NCBI GenBank assembly: GCA_048938895.1
Contig: JBHLLU010000001.1
Location: 32,001-96,000, forward strand
Reading direction: 5' to 3'
Source of the DNA: Promethearchaeota archaeon
GTDB lineage: Archaea > Asgardarchaeota > Lokiarchaeia > Sigyniarchaeales > SOKP01
DNA length: 64,000 bases
The notes beneath the pieces were generated by a model. The model made no database searches. It worked only from the letters and a program-made list of their open reading frames with translations, and was not told the origin of the DNA. The position numbers were made by a program, and so were the translations under genes. This document shows, piece after piece, positions 1 to 12,400 of this stretch. The first letter of the stretch is position 1, and each line of letters opens with the position of its first letter.

Positions 1-1010
1 GTTTAATTCCTGCTACGGCAGATGATATTAAAAATGGACCTGCGAGTGGAGGTTCAGCTATAAAAGCTGGTTTTCAAGCAATTGCATCTGGGTTGAGTGA
101 AATTGTCTTAGTAGTTGGCGGTGAAAAAATGACTCATATCACTACTCCTGGTTATATTACTTCTAACATTGCTACTTTAACTCATCCAGAAGCAGAAAGA
201 CCCCATGGTGTTTCACTTCCTTCTTTTGCAGGATTATTAACGCGAGCCTATCTTGAAAAATATAATGCAAAGATAGATTGGATTTCTGATATTGCTATTA
301 AAAATCATAAAAATGGAGCATTAAATCCAAACGCTCACTTTCAACGAACAATCGAAGAAATCATGAAAAGCGCTATTCAAAAAGGTAGAGGAAATTGGAA
401 CAGCATTTATGATTTTCTTGAAGATGATAAAGTGAATCCAATTATTGCAGACCCTTTAAGACTTTTTCACATATGTCCAATTTCAGATGGCGCTGCAGCC
501 TTGGTTCTTTGTAATGCTGAAAAAGCACGAGAGTTTTGTGATACTCCAATTCAAATTTCGGGTATTGGACAGGCAACAGATACTCATATAGTTTTTGAAC
601 GTGAAGACCTCACAACACTAAAAGCATTAAGAATATGCTCTGATCAAGCATATAAAATGGCAAAAAAAACTCCTGATAATATAGATGTAGCAGAATTACA
701 TGATGCTTTCGAAATTCTTGAGGCAGTTCAATCAGAAGATATTGGCTTTTTTAAAAAAGGAGAAGGAGCTAAAGCAGCTCATGAAGGGCAAACTGAAATC
801 GGAGGAAAAATACCTATAAATCCCTCTGGGGGATTGAAGGCAAGAGGACATCCTCTTGGAGCTACAGGGGTTGCACAGGTGGTTGAGCTGGTTTGGCAAT
901 TACGAGGGGAAGCAGGAAAAAGGCAAGTTAATGGAGCTAATACAGGAATTACCTGTAATTTTGGAGGATTTGGCAATAATATTATTTCAATTTTAGTGGA
1001 ACAAATGTAG
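1..1010 (+). CDS. Thiolase-superfamily protein (SCP2/archaeal type), 5'-truncated by window edge
   Basis: Frame is open from base 3 (LIPATADDIKNGPASGGSAIKAG...). Thiolase motifs ISDGAAA, ELHDAF, NPSGGLKARGHPLGATG. The usual nucleophilic Cys position (xxCASG) reads GPASG. Confidence 0.85.
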   Translation, partial: LIPATADDIKNGPASGGSAIKAGFQAIASGLSEIVLVVGGEKMTHITTPGYITSNIATLTHPEAERPHGVSLPSFAGLLTRAYLEKYNAKIDWISDIAIKNHKNGALNPNAHFQRTIEEIMKSAIQKGRGNWNSIYDFLEDDKVNPIIADPLRLFHICPISDGAAALVLCNAEKAREFCDTPIQISGIGQATDTHIVFEREDLTTLKALRICSDQAYKMAKKTPDNIDVAELHDAFEILEAVQSEDIGFFKKGEGAKAAHEGQTEIGGKIPINPSGGLKARGHPLGATGVAQVVELVWQLRGEAGKRQVNGANTGITCNFGGFGNNIISILVEQM

Positions 1011-1137
1011 TGGAAGATATCAATTTAATTATCAAATTAAAGCTATATTCTAGAATAGAAATCACTTTTTCTAATATTTCATATTTCTAAATCAATTCAC
1101 GAAAAATTCAAATAAAGTTAGCCTTTTTATCTGTATT

Positions 1138-2928
1138 ATGGATGAAGATCTCATTAAGTGGGATTTAAGCGATTTATATAAAGATATTAATGATCCTCAA
1201 ATTGATAGAGATAGTGAAGCTATAAATAATGCTACTGAAGAATTTAATAGAAACGTAAAAGGTAAGTTAAAAAATCCCTCACTTACTTCAAAGCAATTAT
1301 TAAGCTGGTACAAAGAATATGAAAATATCTCTGAGCAGCTATTTAATTTAAATCTATATTCACGTCTAATATATTCAATAAATACATTGGATGATAATAT
1401 TAAATCATTTCGGGCAAAGATCGAGGATTTTGAGGTCAAAATTCGAGAAAAATTATTATTTTTCAATTTAGAATTAAATTTCATTTCAGATGAAAAATTT
1501 AGTGAATTAATGGATGATAAGGAATTAATTAATTATCAGCATGCCCTAAAATTTAATCGACTGAAAAAGCAGCATCAACTTTCAGAAAAAGAAGAGCAAA
1601 TAATATTAATGAAAGATATTACAGGTGCTAGTGGATTTGTTAAGCTTTATAATGAATTGAAAAGCAGTTTCATTTTCGATTTTGAAGTAGACGGGAAGAT
1701 AGAAAAGTTAACAGAAGCAGAATTATTCTCTTTCATGTTTCAGAAGAATAAGGACCTTCGATATAAAGCTTTAAGTCAAATTGTATCTGAATATGAGAAA
1801 AATGAACTAGTTTTTACTCATGTCTTCAATAACACCTTGAAAAGTTGGGATTTAGAATGTAAAAAAAGGAATTATAAATCTCCAGTATCAAGAAGAAACC
1901 TTGAAAATGAAGTAAGTGATAAAAGTGTAGAAATTTTAGGAGAAGTCACCACTAAAAGTTACCATATTGTTGAGAAATACTATAATTTGAAGAAAAGAAT
2001 ACTAAATCTTCCCAAACTGCATATGTCAGACATTTATGTCCCTATAGGTGAAATAACAAAAGAATACTCATATAATGATGCAATTGAACTTATAAAGACA
2101 GCTGATCAGAAATTCTATCCCGAATTTAAGAAAATTATAGAGAAAATGGTTTCGTCTGACCATATAGATGCTACACCCCGAAGAGGTAAAAATAGGGGTG
2201 CGTTTTGTGCTAATGGGAAATTGAAGCACTACCCCTTTGTTTTTGTAAATTTTACTGGTAATGTCGATTCACTAAGGGCATTATCCCATGAACTCGGGCA
2301 CGCATTTCATGCTTATTATAACTTAAAATCGCAGAATTTCATAAACATAGGAATTTCATTGGTTGTGGCTGAAATTGCTTCTGTATTTAATGAAATATTA
2401 GTATTTGACTATTTGATGAGTATGGATCTAACTAAAGAGGAGAAAATTTCCTTATTGTGTAATTTTATCGAATCAAAATTTAGTACTTCCCATAGACAAA
2501 ATGCTTTTTATAGATTTGAGAGAGAAATTCATAGCCTAATAGAGAACAAATTACCCTCAACTGAAGAAATTAGGATCGCATTCGCAAAAGAAATGGAGCT
2601 AATGTTTGGCAATTCAATTAGTAACATTAGAGAAGAATACGCAAGTTATTGTTTTGTTGTTCCCCATTTTCTAGAAGTACCTTTTTATGTTTACGCCTAC
2701 AACATGTCTAATCTTTTAGTGATCTCAATTTATCAGCTATACATTGAGCAAAAAGAGGAATTTATCCCAAAATTTATCAAACTACTTTCTATTGGAGGAT
2801 CAATGACTCCGGAAGAAATGTTAACCGAGATTGGAATTGATCTAAGGGATTCTTCATTTTGGCAAAAAGGAATCAATTTCCTATCTGGTAAAATAGATGA
2901 GTTAGAGCAATTAGTAAAGGAAAATTAA
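1138..2928 (+). CDS. pepF: Oligoendopeptidase F (peptidase M3B)
   Basis: N-terminal WDLSDLY, GKNRGAFC, zinc motif HELGHAFH, downstream AEIASVFNE and PHF..PFYVYAY; 596 aa. Confidence 0.88.
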   Translation: MDEDLIKWDLSDLYKDINDPQIDRDSEAINNATEEFNRNVKGKLKNPSLTSKQLLSWYKEYENISEQLFNLNLYSRLIYSINTLDDNIKSFRAKIEDFEVKIREKLLFFNLELNFISDEKFSELMDDKELINYQHALKFNRLKKQHQLSEKEEQIILMKDITGASGFVKLYNELKSSFIFDFEVDGKIEKLTEAELFSFMFQKNKDLRYKALSQIVSEYEKNELVFTHVFNNTLKSWDLECKKRNYKSPVSRRNLENEVSDKSVEILGEVTTKSYHIVEKYYNLKKRILNLPKLHMSDIYVPIGEITKEYSYNDAIELIKTADQKFYPEFKKIIEKMVSSDHIDATPRRGKNRGAFCANGKLKHYPFVFVNFTGNVDSLRALSHELGHAFHAYYNLKSQNFINIGISLVVAEIASVFNEILVFDYLMSMDLTKEEKISLLCNFIESKFSTSHRQNAFYRFEREIHSLIENKLPSTEEIRIAFAKEMELMFGNSISNIREEYASYCFVVPHFLEVPFYVYAYNMSNLLVISIYQLYIEQKEEFIPKFIKLLSIGGSMTPEEMLTEIGIDLRDSSFWQKGINFLSGKIDELEQLVKEN

Positions 2929-2935
2929 GTCAATA

Positions 2936-3601
2936 TTAATTGATCACTTTAAATTGAAGTTCTGTGCCATCTTTATCAAAACATTTAATATTATTTAACC
3001 TATATGGAAATCCTATGATAAAGTGAAATCTTAATCCTTTAAATATACTATTTAAATCTTGTAGTGAAGGGTGTAAAGTCCCAGAAGGATGTGAATGAAT
3101 AGTTCCTTGATAGTAGCGATTTGTAGGAAGTCTATTTATATAAAATACTCCTGAACTTCTTGATGTAACTGCACCTGGAGGCAATATAAATTCCGTGAAT
3201 ATATTTCTATCCATTTTTAGGATTCCTAAAAATTCTTTTGGATGATGTGCTCGGCATAAAGCTAAAATCCCTTCTAATAAGTCTCTTTTTATATAAACTA
3301 TGTTTGATTGTAGACTCTCTAAAATAAAAATAATTTCGTCAATAACTTTTATGATAGAATAAGTTTTTTCCAGTTTCCAATTGTTTAAAGATGAAACATC
3401 ATTCTTTAACTTTTTATAAACTTTTCCAGATTGATTAATTATCTTTAATTTTGGTCTTTTAGGATAATTAGAATAATCAATTTCTAAAATAATTCCCGTA
3501 ATTAATTCGATTTTAATATGAGTAATTTGGTTATTTACAATTACTGTATTTGGAAAATGTTCTACAATATTTTGATATTGTTTCTCAATTTCTTCACTCA
3601 T
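2936..3601 (-). CDS. JAB/MPN+ (JAMM) metalloisopeptidase fused to an N-terminal UBC/UEV/RWD-like domain
   Basis: C-terminal half has HPKE...HSHPSGxxxPSxxD (JAMM). N-terminal ~95 aa has NYPKRPK and SSLNNW..SIIKVIDEI, resembling UBC-fold signatures, without a catalytic Cys. Confidence 0.75.
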   Translation of the reverse strand: MSEEIEKQYQNIVEHFPNTVIVNNQITHIKIELITGIILEIDYSNYPKRPKLKIINQSGKVYKKLKNDVSSLNNWKLEKTYSIIKVIDEIIFILESLQSNIVYIKRDLLEGILALCRAHHPKEFLGILKMDRNIFTEFILPPGAVTSRSSGVFYINRLPTNRYYQGTIHSHPSGTLHPSLQDLNSIFKGLRFHFIIGFPYRLNNIKCFDKDGTELQFKVIN

Positions 3602-3678
3602 TATAAAGAAAAAAATTCGACTTTAAATGAATTTTTTCTTTTTAGAATACTTTTACGTTAAAAAAATATAAAAATAAA

Positions 3679-4440
3679 TTAAGTTCTTCTATGAATTATC
3701 GTTCTTATTCTTGTTACATCATCTATTGTTAAATTGCGTTTCATATTTTTTTGCTCAAATCGCATATACCCTTTATGATTAATTCCTTGGCATAGATATT
3801 TTTTTGAGTCATCAAGGATAACTTCTTTTCCAAAAATTTGAGAGTGTTCATTGTATTCTTGAATTAAGGTCTTTATCACCATTAAATTATTTTCTGTAAT
3901 TGGAGAATAATATTTATTTGCATAAAAGCATATTTTTTTAGCAAATTTATCAATAGAAACTGGCTTCTTTAGTACATCTTTTATAGATACTGACTTGGAA
4001 CTTAAGCCTTCTGGCATTTTTTTACTTGAATTATTTAAATTTACACCTATACCGATCAAAATATAATTTACTTGAGAGCTTACTATATAATCAATTAATA
4101 TTCCTGCGAGTTTTTTATTTTCATATAAGATATCATTTGGCCACTTAATTTGTGTTTTTAAATTATACTCATTTTCAATAACAAACCTTATTAATGTTGC
4201 AGTAAAAAAATGAAACAATGCTAATTGCGACTTACTCAAAGATGACGTTGATGCTCCAAGAGTAGCCCAAAAACCCCCTTCTGGAGAATACCAATCGTTC
4301 TGCTTTCTTCCACGACCCTTTGATTGTGTTTTTGCAATTAAAAGAAGAGATGAATAATAATCATATTTAAGGTAATCCATTATACTATCTTGGGTAGAAG
4401 TGGTTTGATTAATGTGGATGATCTTTATTTTTTGAAACAT
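3679..4440 (-). CDS. birA: Biotin--[acetyl-CoA carboxylase] ligase (no N-terminal HTH)
   Basis: QSKGRGR..W.SP, IKWPNDI, KKLAGIL, IGIGVN motifs; adjacent to carboxylase genes. Confidence 0.92.
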   Translation of the reverse strand: MFQKIKIIHINQTTSTQDSIMDYLKYDYYSSLLLIAKTQSKGRGRKQNDWYSPEGGFWATLGASTSSLSKSQLALFHFFTATLIRFVIENEYNLKTQIKWPNDILYENKKLAGILIDYIVSSQVNYILIGIGVNLNNSSKKMPEGLSSKSVSIKDVLKKPVSIDKFAKKICFYANKYYSPITENNLMVIKTLIQEYNEHSQIFGKEVILDDSKKYLCQGINHKGYMRFEQKNMKRNLTIDDVTRIRTIIHRRT

Positions 4441-4836
4441 GGGTCAATGTTAAATCCTGCTTAAAAGAGAAATTAATGCAATAAATATGGCGATTAATAT
4501 AAATTGTTTCTATATTAAATTATCTGATTTTTTATCATACAAATTCCCATCTCAATATGAATGCACAGTATGAATATATATAAAATCTATCAACTTTCAA
4601 AATGAAACTTTTAGTGAAAGCTTGTTGAAATTTGAAAATAACGAAAAGATTTAATGATACCTTAATTATCTTCCCATAAAATATTTGATTATTGAATTAT
4701 TAAAAAATTGAAGAATTTTTAACAAAATATGGTTAAATCTGTAATACTATTAATAGTGTGTATTCAAGTATAAATTTTATAAATATACTTTTGATAAAAA
4801 TAATAACTTGTTTATTTAAATAAATATCAGATTATT

Positions 4837-6408
4837 ATGACATTGAAAGATGAGAAATCTAATGATAACTTTGAAATAGCAGAAAAGTTGCAAGAGCTTA
4901 GAAATGAGTCTAAGTTAGGGGGTGGAAAAGATAGAATTGATCTTCAACATAAAAAGGGCAAATTAACTGCCCGAGAAAGAATTGAATTGTTAATAGATTA
5001 CGGTTCGTTTAATGAAATTGACTCATTTGTTAAACATCAATCTAATAATTTTGATTTAGTAGATAAGAAATTTCTCGGGGATGGAGTAATTACCGGTTAT
5101 GGTACAATAGAAGGAAGAAAAGTTTTTATTTATAGTCAAGATTTTACTGTGTTAGGGGGAACCATAGGGAAAGCTCATGCTCAAAAAATATGTAAAGTTA
5201 TGAAATTTGCTCTAAAAATGGGTTGCCCAATTATCGGTTTAATAGATTCGGGAGGAGCACGTATACAAGAAGGAGTAAATGCTTTAGATGGATTAGCAGA
5301 AATTTTTTATCAAAATGTTAGAGCATCTGGGGTCATTCCTCAGATTTCTGTTATATTAGGCATTTCTGCTGGGGGAGCTGCTTATAGCCCCGCATTAACA
5401 GATTTTATAATTATGGGTGGAAAGAATACTTCTATGTTTATTACAGGACCCGAAGTGATAAACTCGGTAACTGGTGAAAATGTCACTTTTTCAGAATTAG
5501 GAGGTTCTAAAATTCATTCGTCTGTCTCTGGTGTGTGTCATAAGGCTCTAGACACTGAAGAGGAAGCAATAGAATTCACAAAAAAATTATTATCATATTT
5601 ACCCTCAAATAATTTAGATGATGTCCCTCATTGTTTAGAAGAAATTCAAGTAGATGATGCCTATTTATTGGATCGATTGGTGCCAGAGGATGAAAATGAA
5701 CCTTATGATATGAAAAAGGTAATAGATGTAATAGTAGATCAAAATTCTTTTTTAGAACTATATCCTGAGTGGGCAAAGAATATTGTAATTGGGTTTGGGA
5801 GAATAGAGAATCAAACTGTGGGTCTAATAGCAAATCAGCCTATGTTCCTTAGTGGTGCTCTAGACTACAATGCCTCAGATAAGGCTACAAGATTTATTAG
5901 GTTTTGTGATGCATTTAACATACCTCTCCTTACATTAGTAGATGTTCCGGGTTTTTTGCCAGGAGTGAAACAAGAATATTCTGGAATTATTAGGCATGGA
6001 GCTAAAATGCTTTTTGCATATTCGGAAGCAACGGTATTAAAAATCACTGTCATTATACGAAAGGCATATGGTGGAGCTTATATTGTGATGAGTTCAAAAC
6101 AATTAGGATCTGATGTTAATATAGCCTGGAAATCAGCTCAAATTGCTGTAATGGGTGCTGAGGGTGCGTGTAAGATTTTATTTCGTAATCATTTGAATGA
6201 AGTTGAAGATCCCGATATTCTATTAAAAGATTTTAGTGAGAAATATAAGAGAGAATTTTCAAATCCTTTCCGAGTCGCAGAAAGAGGACAAGTGGATAAG
6301 GTTATCTTTCCACATGAAACTCGAAATGAAATTATTAAAAGTCTGAAATTTTTTGAATCAAAACGGAAACTGCCTCCTCGAAGAAAACATGGGATTTCTC
6401 CAGTTTAA
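4837..6408 (+). CDS. Acyl-CoA (acetyl/propionyl-CoA) carboxylase carboxyltransferase subunit
   Basis: GKLTARERI, QDFTVLGG, DSGGARIQEG, VDVPGFLPG, RKAYGGAY; PccB/AccD family; 523 aa. Confidence 0.93.
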   Translation: MTLKDEKSNDNFEIAEKLQELRNESKLGGGKDRIDLQHKKGKLTARERIELLIDYGSFNEIDSFVKHQSNNFDLVDKKFLGDGVITGYGTIEGRKVFIYSQDFTVLGGTIGKAHAQKICKVMKFALKMGCPIIGLIDSGGARIQEGVNALDGLAEIFYQNVRASGVIPQISVILGISAGGAAYSPALTDFIIMGGKNTSMFITGPEVINSVTGENVTFSELGGSKIHSSVSGVCHKALDTEEEAIEFTKKLLSYLPSNNLDDVPHCLEEIQVDDAYLLDRLVPEDENEPYDMKKVIDVIVDQNSFLELYPEWAKNIVIGFGRIENQTVGLIANQPMFLSGALDYNASDKATRFIRFCDAFNIPLLTLVDVPGFLPGVKQEYSGIIRHGAKMLFAYSEATVLKITVIIRKAYGGAYIVMSSKQLGSDVNIAWKSAQIAVMGAEGACKILFRNHLNEVEDPDILLKDFSEKYKREFSNPFRVAERGQVDKVIFPHETRNEIIKSLKFFESKRKLPPRRKHGISPV

Positions 6409-6428
6409 ATTACAAACAGTCGATACAT

Positions 6429-9400
6429 ATGAAAAAGAAAGAAAACATCCAAAAAATTTTCAAAAACAAAATTCCTGTTTGGGGCTATTCACCTAAAGGA
6501 GTAACTGATCCCTCACTTTCAATTCAATTATGTCAAGCCGGGGGAATTGGATTAATTGATTTGGAAGGTCTTAATCAAGATCAATGTCAAAATCAAATTG
6601 ATAAACTTTTTTCATCTTTGACTTCCGATCATTTATGGGGTATTCGAATTTCTAATCACAACCTTTTAAATACCCTCAACTTTCGAGATGTTATCCCGAT
6701 TATCGTTTGTGCTTTCTCCCCAAATAAAGATGATATTCAAAGTATGCAAAAAAATTCAAAATTACTTCTTTCTGAAGTCTCATACTTAGAAGAAGCTTAT
6801 GAAACTGCAGAATGGTCAGATTTGTTTCTTGTAAAGGGTCACGAGGCGGGAGGGATTGTTGGCACTAAGAATAGTTTTATACTTATTCAAGAATTTCAGA
6901 AAGCTGGCCTTTCCTTCATTATTCAAGGTGGTTTTGGAGTTTATAATGTATGTTCAGCTTTTATTGGGGGTGCTATAGGTGTTGTATTAGAAAGCCAGTT
7001 ATATTTACTCCCTGAATGCCCGTTGAGTCCAGATTTTAAGAATTACATTAAAACTATTGATGAAAATGATTTCTATATTGTGCAAGAAACGTCTCGATAT
7101 AATTACCGTTTAATTGGTAAATTAGCTAATAAATCAATCCGTACAATAAAGAGTTTTGAACAAAAAAACTATTCAAACGTAAATAATGATTTCGATACTA
7201 ATTACTTAACTCGTAAAGATGATTTTCATCAAGTAATTAAGAAGTTTATAGATAAATTTCCTCTTTATTCTGATTCAGATCCAAAGCATTCATTCTTACC
7301 AAGCGATCATGGTATATGTTTTGCTAATTTCATTTTGACTAAATTTCAGAATTTAGAGAATTTCCTTACGAATATAATTAATATTATTACTAATCAAATT
7401 AAAAATTGTATAAACAATTGGCCATTTACCAAGAATTCTGAGTTTGCGACAAAGTTAGGCATAAAATATCCAATTATTCAGGGACCAATGGCAAATATTT
7501 CTGATAATTTGTCTTTTGCGAGAAAAATATCAAATAATGGAGCCCTCCCTATTTTAGCGCTAGGAGGACTATTACCGGACGAAACATCTGAGCTGTTATC
7601 AAACTGTAATGCTGAAAAATTATCAGAGAATCCATATGGTTGTGGTATCATAGGTTTAGATGCCGTGAAACCTCGTAGAGATGAACATCTTAGATGTATT
7701 TCAAAATTTGGTCCTGAAATTATCTTAATTGCTGCGGGTACAATTGATCTTGGCGTTCAGGTTAAAAATTCAGGTAATATAGTTTTAATCCATACACCTG
7801 CATTATCTATGTTTAAAGAGGCATTAAAAAGAAATCTTAATTACATGATATTAGAAGGTAATGAGTGTGGGGGGCATGTTGGAACACTTTCCTCTTTCAC
7901 TCTCTGGGAACATGTTTTAGAATATATGGATATAGAACGAAAGAATTTTATACAGAAAGTAAATATAATTTTTGCAGGGGGGATAATTAATGGGGTAAGT
8001 TCAGCAATGCTAGCAGGAATGATATCTAATCATTTAGATATAATCACTCCAGGTATCCAGATGGGAACTGCTTATCTTTTAAGTGAAGAAATTGTTACAA
8101 CTAAGGCATTATCCCCTGTTTATCAAGAATTACTTTTAAATAATACATTTACAAATGTTATTGGTGTTACTGTAAATACTCGAGCTAGAGTAATCCCTTC
8201 GGAATTTTCGCTTTATACTATTAAAAATGAGTATTTACGTAAATCAAATGGAATTTCTTTATCCCAAAGAAAGAAATTGTATGAAGAAGACAATTTAGGT
8301 GCTCTTAGAATTGCTTCTAGAGCTGAGATTTGGAACGAGAATCATGAAAAAGTGAGTGGGACGTCTCAATTTATACCGATCTCAACTGAAGAACAATTAA
8401 CCAAAGGTGTTTTTATGACAGGTGATTCAATTTCCCTGCAAAAAACAATTAGAAGTATCCCTCAAATTCATTCTGATATAATTGAAGAAGGTTTGAAATT
8501 TATCAGAAAAAACTCAAATTATATTTTAAAAGAGACGTTAGGTCGTGTGCCTATGAATAAAGAAAAATACTTAAAAAAAATACAATCTATCGGAAATAAA
8601 ATAGCTATTGTAGGAATGGGTGGTTTGTTTCCAGATGCCGAAAACATTCCACAATTTTGGGACAACATCATTAGCAAAAAATATTCAATTACGACAGTCC
8701 CAAAAGATAGATGGGATTCTGATATATTTTATGATAGTGATCATTCCATTCCTGATAAAACATATACAAAGATCGGTGGATTTGTGAAAAAATTTGAATT
8801 TAAATCTATTAAGTATAGAATTCCTCCTAAAATGGCGGATAGGATGGATTTAGTTCAGAAGTGGGCAATAATTACTGCAGAAGAAGCTTTAATTGATGCT
8901 GGTTATCCTATTGATGGGAAAAAACGATTATCTATAGCTACTATTGTTGGTAACTCTTCAGGAGGAGATACGCAGCGTATTAGCAACAAACGGATATTAT
9001 TTAACGAAATTAAATATAGATTAAATGAAGCAAGTTCCCAAATGATTTTAAAACCTGAAGAAAAAGAAAATCTTCTTAAATTCCTCGAAAGTAAAATTAT
9101 TAATCATATTCCTGTGATTAATGAGGATACGATGCCTGGTGAATTGGCAAACATAATTGCAGGAAGAGTAGCAAACGTGTTTAATTTAACTGGTAAGAGC
9201 ATGACTACTGATGCTGCATGTGCTTCAAGTTTAGCTGCGATTGACACAGCAGTAAACGGATTATTAGTCAAGGATTATGATACAGTTCTTGTAGGAGGGG
9301 TTGATAGTTCGATGGACCCTCAAACATATATTAAATTCTGTAAGATAGGTGCCTTGTCTGAAGATGGTACTTATCCTTTTGATTCTCGTGCAAATGGATT

Positions 9401-12400
9401 TGTCATGGGCGAGGGTGCAGGATTTATAGTTTTAAAGCGACTTGAAGATGCTTTACATGATAAGAATAAAATCTATGCGATTATTAGTGGATTTGGAGGG
9501 TCTTCAGATGGAAAAGGAAAAGGTATAACTGCACCTAATCCTGAGGGACAAAGATTAGCTATTGAGAGAACCCTGGAAAATACTAATTTAAGCCCTTCAG
9601 ACATTCAATACCTTGAGTGCCATGGAACATCAACTATTGTTGGTGATGCCACCGAATTAAGTGTATTAAGCCAAATTTTTTCTGATCGAAATGTAAATCA
9701 AAAACTTGCATTAGGCTCAATAAAAAGTCAAATAGGGCATCTTAAAAGTGCAGCAGGTATAGCTAGTATTATTAAAACGGTATTAGCGTTATATAATAAA
9801 ATCATACCTCCATCCATTAACGTTTCAAATTTAAATCCCACAATAAATTGGGAAAATGCTCCTTATTATGTGAATACGGAACCAACTAAATGGTCAACAC
9901 CTGAAAATGGAATAAGAAGAGCAGGAGTTTCCTCATTTGGATTTGGAGGTACAAATTATCATGTAATCTTAGAAGAATTTTTACCACATCTATACACAAA
10001 TGTCTTAACTGAAAGAGCTGAGGATTTTCCGTTATGTGAAGAATTAATGTATAAACAATTTGAATCTCATCAAGACAATTCTATTATTCCTTCTTCCACT
10101 GATCTATGTTTTTTATTTAGTGGTCAAGGAAGCCAATATGTTGGGATGACTCGAGAGTTATATGAAAAATATCAAGTGGTTAAAAATACACTTAATAAAG
10201 CAAATGATATATGTAAAGAGTTTGGTAGTTTTAATTTATTAAAAATCATTTTTGGGGATAATAATTTATCTCAAGAAGAAAACTCAGATAAGTTAAAACA
10301 GACAGAATTTACTCAACCAGCTATCTATTCAGTTGAGATGGCTTTAGTTAATCTATTTAAATCAAAAGGGATTACCCCAGGGATTGTTGGAGGGCATAGT
10401 TTAGGAGAATTCGCAGCTTTAGTCACAGCAGGAGTATTAAGTTTTGAGGATGGATTGAAAACAGTAATTAGAAGAGGAATTTCAATGTCTGAATTACCTC
10501 CTGGTGTTCAATGCACCATGGCAGCGATATTTACATCACCAGATATAGTTGAGAAAACCCTTAATGAGTTATCTAATGAAGATGTCTCCATTTCAAATTA
10601 TAACTCTACTTCTCAGACGGTTATATCTGGTGAAATTTCTGCAGTCGAATCTATTATGGATGCATTTTCAAAGAAAGAAATTCGAGCAATAAGATTAAAT
10701 GTTTCGAATGCATTTCATTCTAAGTATGTAGCCCACGCTGAGGAAAAATTAAAAGACTTTTTAAAAACAATTGAATTTAAATCCCCTCAAATTCCAGTCT
10801 TTAGTAACGTGACGGGAAAGGTATATCCTAATGATCCTGATAAGATAAAATCAATCTTACTTAAACAGATAACCTCTCCCGTTAGATGGGTTGACGAAGT
10901 ATTAAATATGTATCAAAAAGGAGGAAGAAAATTCTTAGAATTAGGACCAAAAAAAGCTCTTTTCTTTTTTACCAAAGATATCTTGAAAAAGTATAAAGAT
11001 ATTGAGGTTAATTTTACTCTTTCACCAAAATCTTCAGAGAAAGATCATATTCAAAAAGTTTTTGATAGGTTCTCAGCTTTAGAATCAATCAGTCAAAAAG
11101 AAAGAGTTGAAATTGAGTATCCTTCCATTAAAGATAAGAAAATAAAAATATCGAGACAAGCAGAATCATCCATTATAAAGAGAGATACTTTAAGATCGAA
11201 TGAATATTTATCTAAAATTGTGCAACTTCCATCATTTAAGGATTTTCTAGAAGAACAAAAGGTTTCTCTATCTTCTGCTTTGATGGAAGGATTTTATAAA
11301 TATCTTGAGAAGAATAGTACTTCTATTGATAATCAATTTAATAAGGGTGATATAGATTCTACTCCCATTGTAATCACGGGTGTAGGTATTGGGCTTCCTG
11401 GCAAAAATCGTAAAGTTTTTGATGATAAAAATGTAGATGATATTTTAGATGGAATAAACTTAATCGATTTGGTAAGTACAGAATCTCAAAATCAATTGCT
11501 CCAAAAAAAAATCATACGTTTGGAAAAATCTCCGAATGGTAATGCAAAATTTGTTTCTGTAGATGACATTTCTAATGTAATTCACCTAGCAGGACAACTT
11601 GGAGAATTCAATCCCAATGAAGATTACCATCTAAATCCTAAGTTGTTGAATGCCTTAGATATCACATTTCAAATGGCAATCTGTGCAGGATACGATGCAC
11701 TTAAGGATTCAGGTATTCCATTAGTCCGCAGTACCATTAAAACTTCAACAGGAAAGACTTTGAGTGGAGATTGGATATTACCAGAATCATTACAGGATGA
11801 CACTGGCATAATTTTTGCATCCGCTTTCCCAGGATACGATAATTTTGTTGAAGAATTCCGGAAATATTCTAATTTTGATTGTGATCAGAAAAAGTCTATT
11901 GAAGAAAATGATAAAAATTTTAATCGTTCATTTTTGTTCAGAGTGTTATCTATGGGGCATTCTCAGTTTGCTCAATTAATAAAAGCAAAAGGTCCAAATA
12001 CCTCTACGAATGCTGCATGTGCCTCTACTCCTCAAGCTATAGGTATTGCTGAAGATTGGATACGCAATGGAAGATGTAAACGAGTCATTGTGATTACAGC
12101 AGACAATGTAACAAGTCGTAACCTTTTTCAATGGATAGGTGCAGGTTTTATTGCTAGCGGAGCCGCTACAACTAAAAATCGATGGGAAGATGCTGTACTT
12201 CCATTTGGAGAAGGAAGGAATGGAATTATTTTAGGTGCTGGTGCTAGTGCATTCGTAATCGAACAGCAGATGGAAGCTGAAGCTCGAGGTGTTAAACCAA
12301 TTGTTGAAATATTAGGTTCATATTTCGCAAATAGTGCCTTTCATGGTACCCGATTAGATAAAGATCATATTTCTCAAAAACTCGAAGAATTTATACAAAA

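Noticed and set aside
4441-4836. Divergent birA/carboxylase intergenic region as a biotin operator or ncRNA
   Set aside because: This BirA has no DNA-binding domain, and I found no convincing palindrome or GC-rich structure.
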